A program made the position numbers and the translations under genes. Under the pieces are notes generated by a model. The model ran no database searches. It had not been told where the DNA came from and saw only the letters and a program-made list of their open reading frames with translations. DNA of 64,000 nt from Octopus sinensis (lineage: Eukaryota), in the NCBI RefSeq assembly GCF_006345805.1, contig NW_021832528.1:186001-250000 (forward strand). The letters are read 5' to 3'. Below, in pieces: positions 61,427 through 64,000 of the stretch (positions within the stretch are counted from its first letter, which is position 1; each line of letters starts with the position of its first letter).

Positions 61427-63022
61427 TGTCGCGAGCCGAGCGCGCGACCGAGCACTAGACGCGACCAATCAAATTACTCAATGTCAATCAATGTCAAAAT
61501 AACTTATTTTATTGATTAGATCAAGGACAATTATTATTTCTGACTGTTATAACTTCTTAAGTCGTTTGGCATGAACTTTCATTACTGATCCATCACTATT
61601 TTCCACATTGACAAAATGTTAGACAATTTCGCAACAATAGTGAAGGATCCCCGTATGGATGTTCAAACCTGGTTAATCTCAAGGAAGGATTTGCCCCATA
61701 ATCTTTTTGAATGCGAACCTTTTAAGTAATTATAAAATAAATACAATGTCTCCAATGTTTAATTCATATTTAGACACATGCACTCCCATCTCCTGTTCAT
61801 TCTCTTATAATATGGAGAATCCAAGTTAACTTTTGGGAAGTTGAATTCGAATTCATCTTTAGTTGAATTTAAAACATTTACTGTTAATTTCGGGAGTGTA
61901 TTGAAGTTCAGCTGCCTCAACATCAGTATTTCCTAAAACAGTATTGAATCCAGGAATTCCACGATATCTCTCAAAGGGGCTAACGCCTGCAAAAAATTTA
62001 AGACAAATAATTCACCTGTAGATGAATGAGGTGTTTGATTGTACAAAAACACAGTCTTTCTTATGTGTTTTACCCACTCTTTGGTGTCATCCAAACTCAT
62101 AATTTTTGAAAGGCTCCTTGTGACCGTCTGATTAAATCGTTCAACAATTCCCTGACTCTGGGGATTGTTTGGTCTTCCATGTATTTGTCGAACACAAAAC
62201 TCTTCACATACTTTTGTCACATGAGAATTTTTGAATTCTGTTCCGTTGTCTGATTGGAGAAACTTGCAGGGACCAAAATCCATAAAATATCATTCAGATT
62301 ATTCGCCACCTCTACTCCACTTTTATTTTTAAGATTCCTTGTAAACGCATATTTCGAATATACGTCTATTACAGACATTAACCAAGAAAAATCATTGTTT
62401 TCATTTTTAAATCTACAAAATAAGTTAATTTTATACCGTTTAAGATCAATTAAATCTACTTGAAATCTTTCATTAGGTAAATCAGCAACAATATGAGTTG
62501 AATCATCATATTGTTTTAGTGGAACTGAAAATTTGCAAATATTGCATTCTTTAACAACTTGGCGAATGATCTCTTCTCAATATAAAAATCTTCGCCTACA
62601 TAAGGCTTCCAAAGCATATGTCCGCAATGATTAGCTTCATGAATCTCACGTGCAATTAATTTCATCTCTTCTAAGCTCGTGGAAGCAATTACGAGCTTGT
62701 GTAGGCCGTTTACATCTTTAAGATATAGTTTCCCCTCTTTAATTAGGAAATTTTCTGCTTTCTTTTTGAGTCGATACTTCTTATGTTTGGAAAGATCGAC
62801 CTCCTCATTATTGAGTATAGATCTTAGGAAATTATATTCATCTTGATCTTTTACAAACAAACGCTGGCCCGACATAACAAAGTGTAGACAAAATTATGCT
62901 AGCGTGGATAATATTTTATCTGGTGAGTATGGTACGCCGGCAATTAGACTGACAGGTGGATGACAGGTATGACAGGTGTCAAAGTCGCGTCTAGCGCTCG
63001 GTCGCGCGCTCGGCTCGCGACA
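61427..63022 (-). mobile_element. Ginger2/Tdd-like DNA transposon (Gypsy-type integrase) with micro-introns
   Basis: 39-bp TIRs TGTCGCGAGCC... with 1 mismatch and a 5-bp TSD TATTA. Integrase shows H...H.G..C..C, QVDLID, IDVYSKY, LQSDNGTEF, P.NPQSQG.VERFN and YN.TPHSSTG. Frameshifts are present; introns at 62413-62436 (24 nt) and 61987-62015 (29 nt). Confidence 0.85.
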
Positions 63023-63099
63023 TATTAATAAAAATTGATTTATTTACCTCTACTCGATTATTTGATAAAATGTTAATTATTTCCGCGGCCGGATAGAAT

Positions 63100-63590
63100 G
63101 GAGATTCGAATTTATCCAATCACAACGAAGGGTTTGTTCCATAATCTTTTTAACTTGAACCTATCTATAATTTTTTATCTAAACTTATCTCCGATACTAA
63201 ATCAGTCCTCGTTTTGGTTGGTATTTATGGCTTTACGGATCAACGTGCATAGGGATTCAGCGGCTGTAGCACGTGAGCCTTTCGGCAGTCTGATGGGGAT
63301 CTTCTTTAAGAGACGGAAATTCGAAAGAAATTGCAAAATGACAACAAATGTATAACTATTGAACAAGGAATCGTCAGCAGGAGTGCTGGGAGTAGGCTTA
63401 GGAGGGTCGATTAGATAAAACAACACCCTCTAGACAATTGAGACATCTCCATAGAGGAATACGGGAAGATGAGGCCTTAGATAGACCTACACACGATAGG
63501 TGGTAAAAATTGCCGCAGGAGGAGCATACCCTTCCCCTCTTGCGCGAATTGGTACAGTTGCACGAGTAGCATAGAGAACTCATTAAACGT
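63100..63590 (-). mobile_element. CRE ORF N-terminus with PHD finger
   Basis: C..C...C..C..FYHLSCVGL......W.C..C, then RLPKGSRATAAESL. Confidence 0.7.
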
Positions 63591-63777
63591 ATAGGATGAA
63601 AGAATTTACAATAATCAAAAGGACAGAAAAAAAAAGATTATATAAGGAAAGAGATTGATATGGAATGAGATCGATACCACAACAAGAATGTACAACAAGA
63701 AAGTACACAACAACAACAATTCAAACCAACCGCCTCCTTAATTGGAAATTGTACATTAAATTTAAGCATAAATAATT

Positions 63778-64000
63778 ACGAGGTGCGACAAAAGAAACCG
63801 GACAGATAAAAATAATCAAAAATTAGTATCTAGAATTGCCTCCTTTGGCATTATACACTGCGTAGCTTCTATCCTTCATTGATAAAATTAGTTCTTGTAT
63901 GAACTCTATCGGGATTGATCTCCAAATTTGGATAATTTCCTCTTTTAGGTCATTGTGACAAGTTGGGGTTTTTTCATCTATTTTTCTTTTCATATATTCC
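63778..64000 (-). mobile_element. Tc1/mariner 3' end with TIR
   Basis: TA|CGAGGTGCGACAAAAGAAACCGGAC terminus plus a decayed transposase C-terminus. Confidence 0.55.

Noticed and set aside
1053-63426. Most short ORFs in the supplied track (e.g. 1586-2050, 31513-32076, 55474-55887, 57903-58232)
   Set aside because: They are antisense or alternate-frame shadows of TE, viral or host coding sequence, or AT-rich noise.
1-64000. Prokaryotic systems (CRISPR arrays, operons, defence islands)
   Set aside because: There are no regular repeat-spacer arrays or operons; spliceosomal introns and eukaryotic TEs occur throughout.

Overview
This is AT-rich eukaryotic nuclear DNA read in the standard genetic code, and most of it is decayed transposons: RTE, CRE-like and R4/NeSL-like non-LTR elements, and hAT/Buster, Tc1, pogo/Tigger, Merlin and Ginger2-like DNA transposons. 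Intact host genes are few: a PPAN/SSF1 Brix gene, tRNA-Ser(AGA), an EME1-like gene and a PAPST1/SLC35B2 gene. There are also intron-retaining pseudogene fragments of cathepsin L (two), peroxiredoxin and calpain. Host introns are almost all 22-32 nt with very degenerate donors. Recalled conservation of the peroxiredoxin intron positions suggests a metazoan with miniaturised introns, such as a dicyemid (inference). The most striking locus is 53.6-58.6 kb. It holds two endogenous rhabdovirus-like elements, a nucleoprotein (N) fragment on + and an internally deleted polymerase (L) fragment on -. Both are fused in frame, at the same nucleotide, to one shared ~150-180 bp 3' module, so the locus forms a convergent inverted repeat. 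Each viral piece abuts the truncated 5' end of a retroposon, which suggests capture of viral RNA by template switching. The only stop in the N ORF lies inside a 24-nt GT..AG segment of host-intron size. All protein identifications are by-eye motif alignments to remembered reference sequences; no database search was run.
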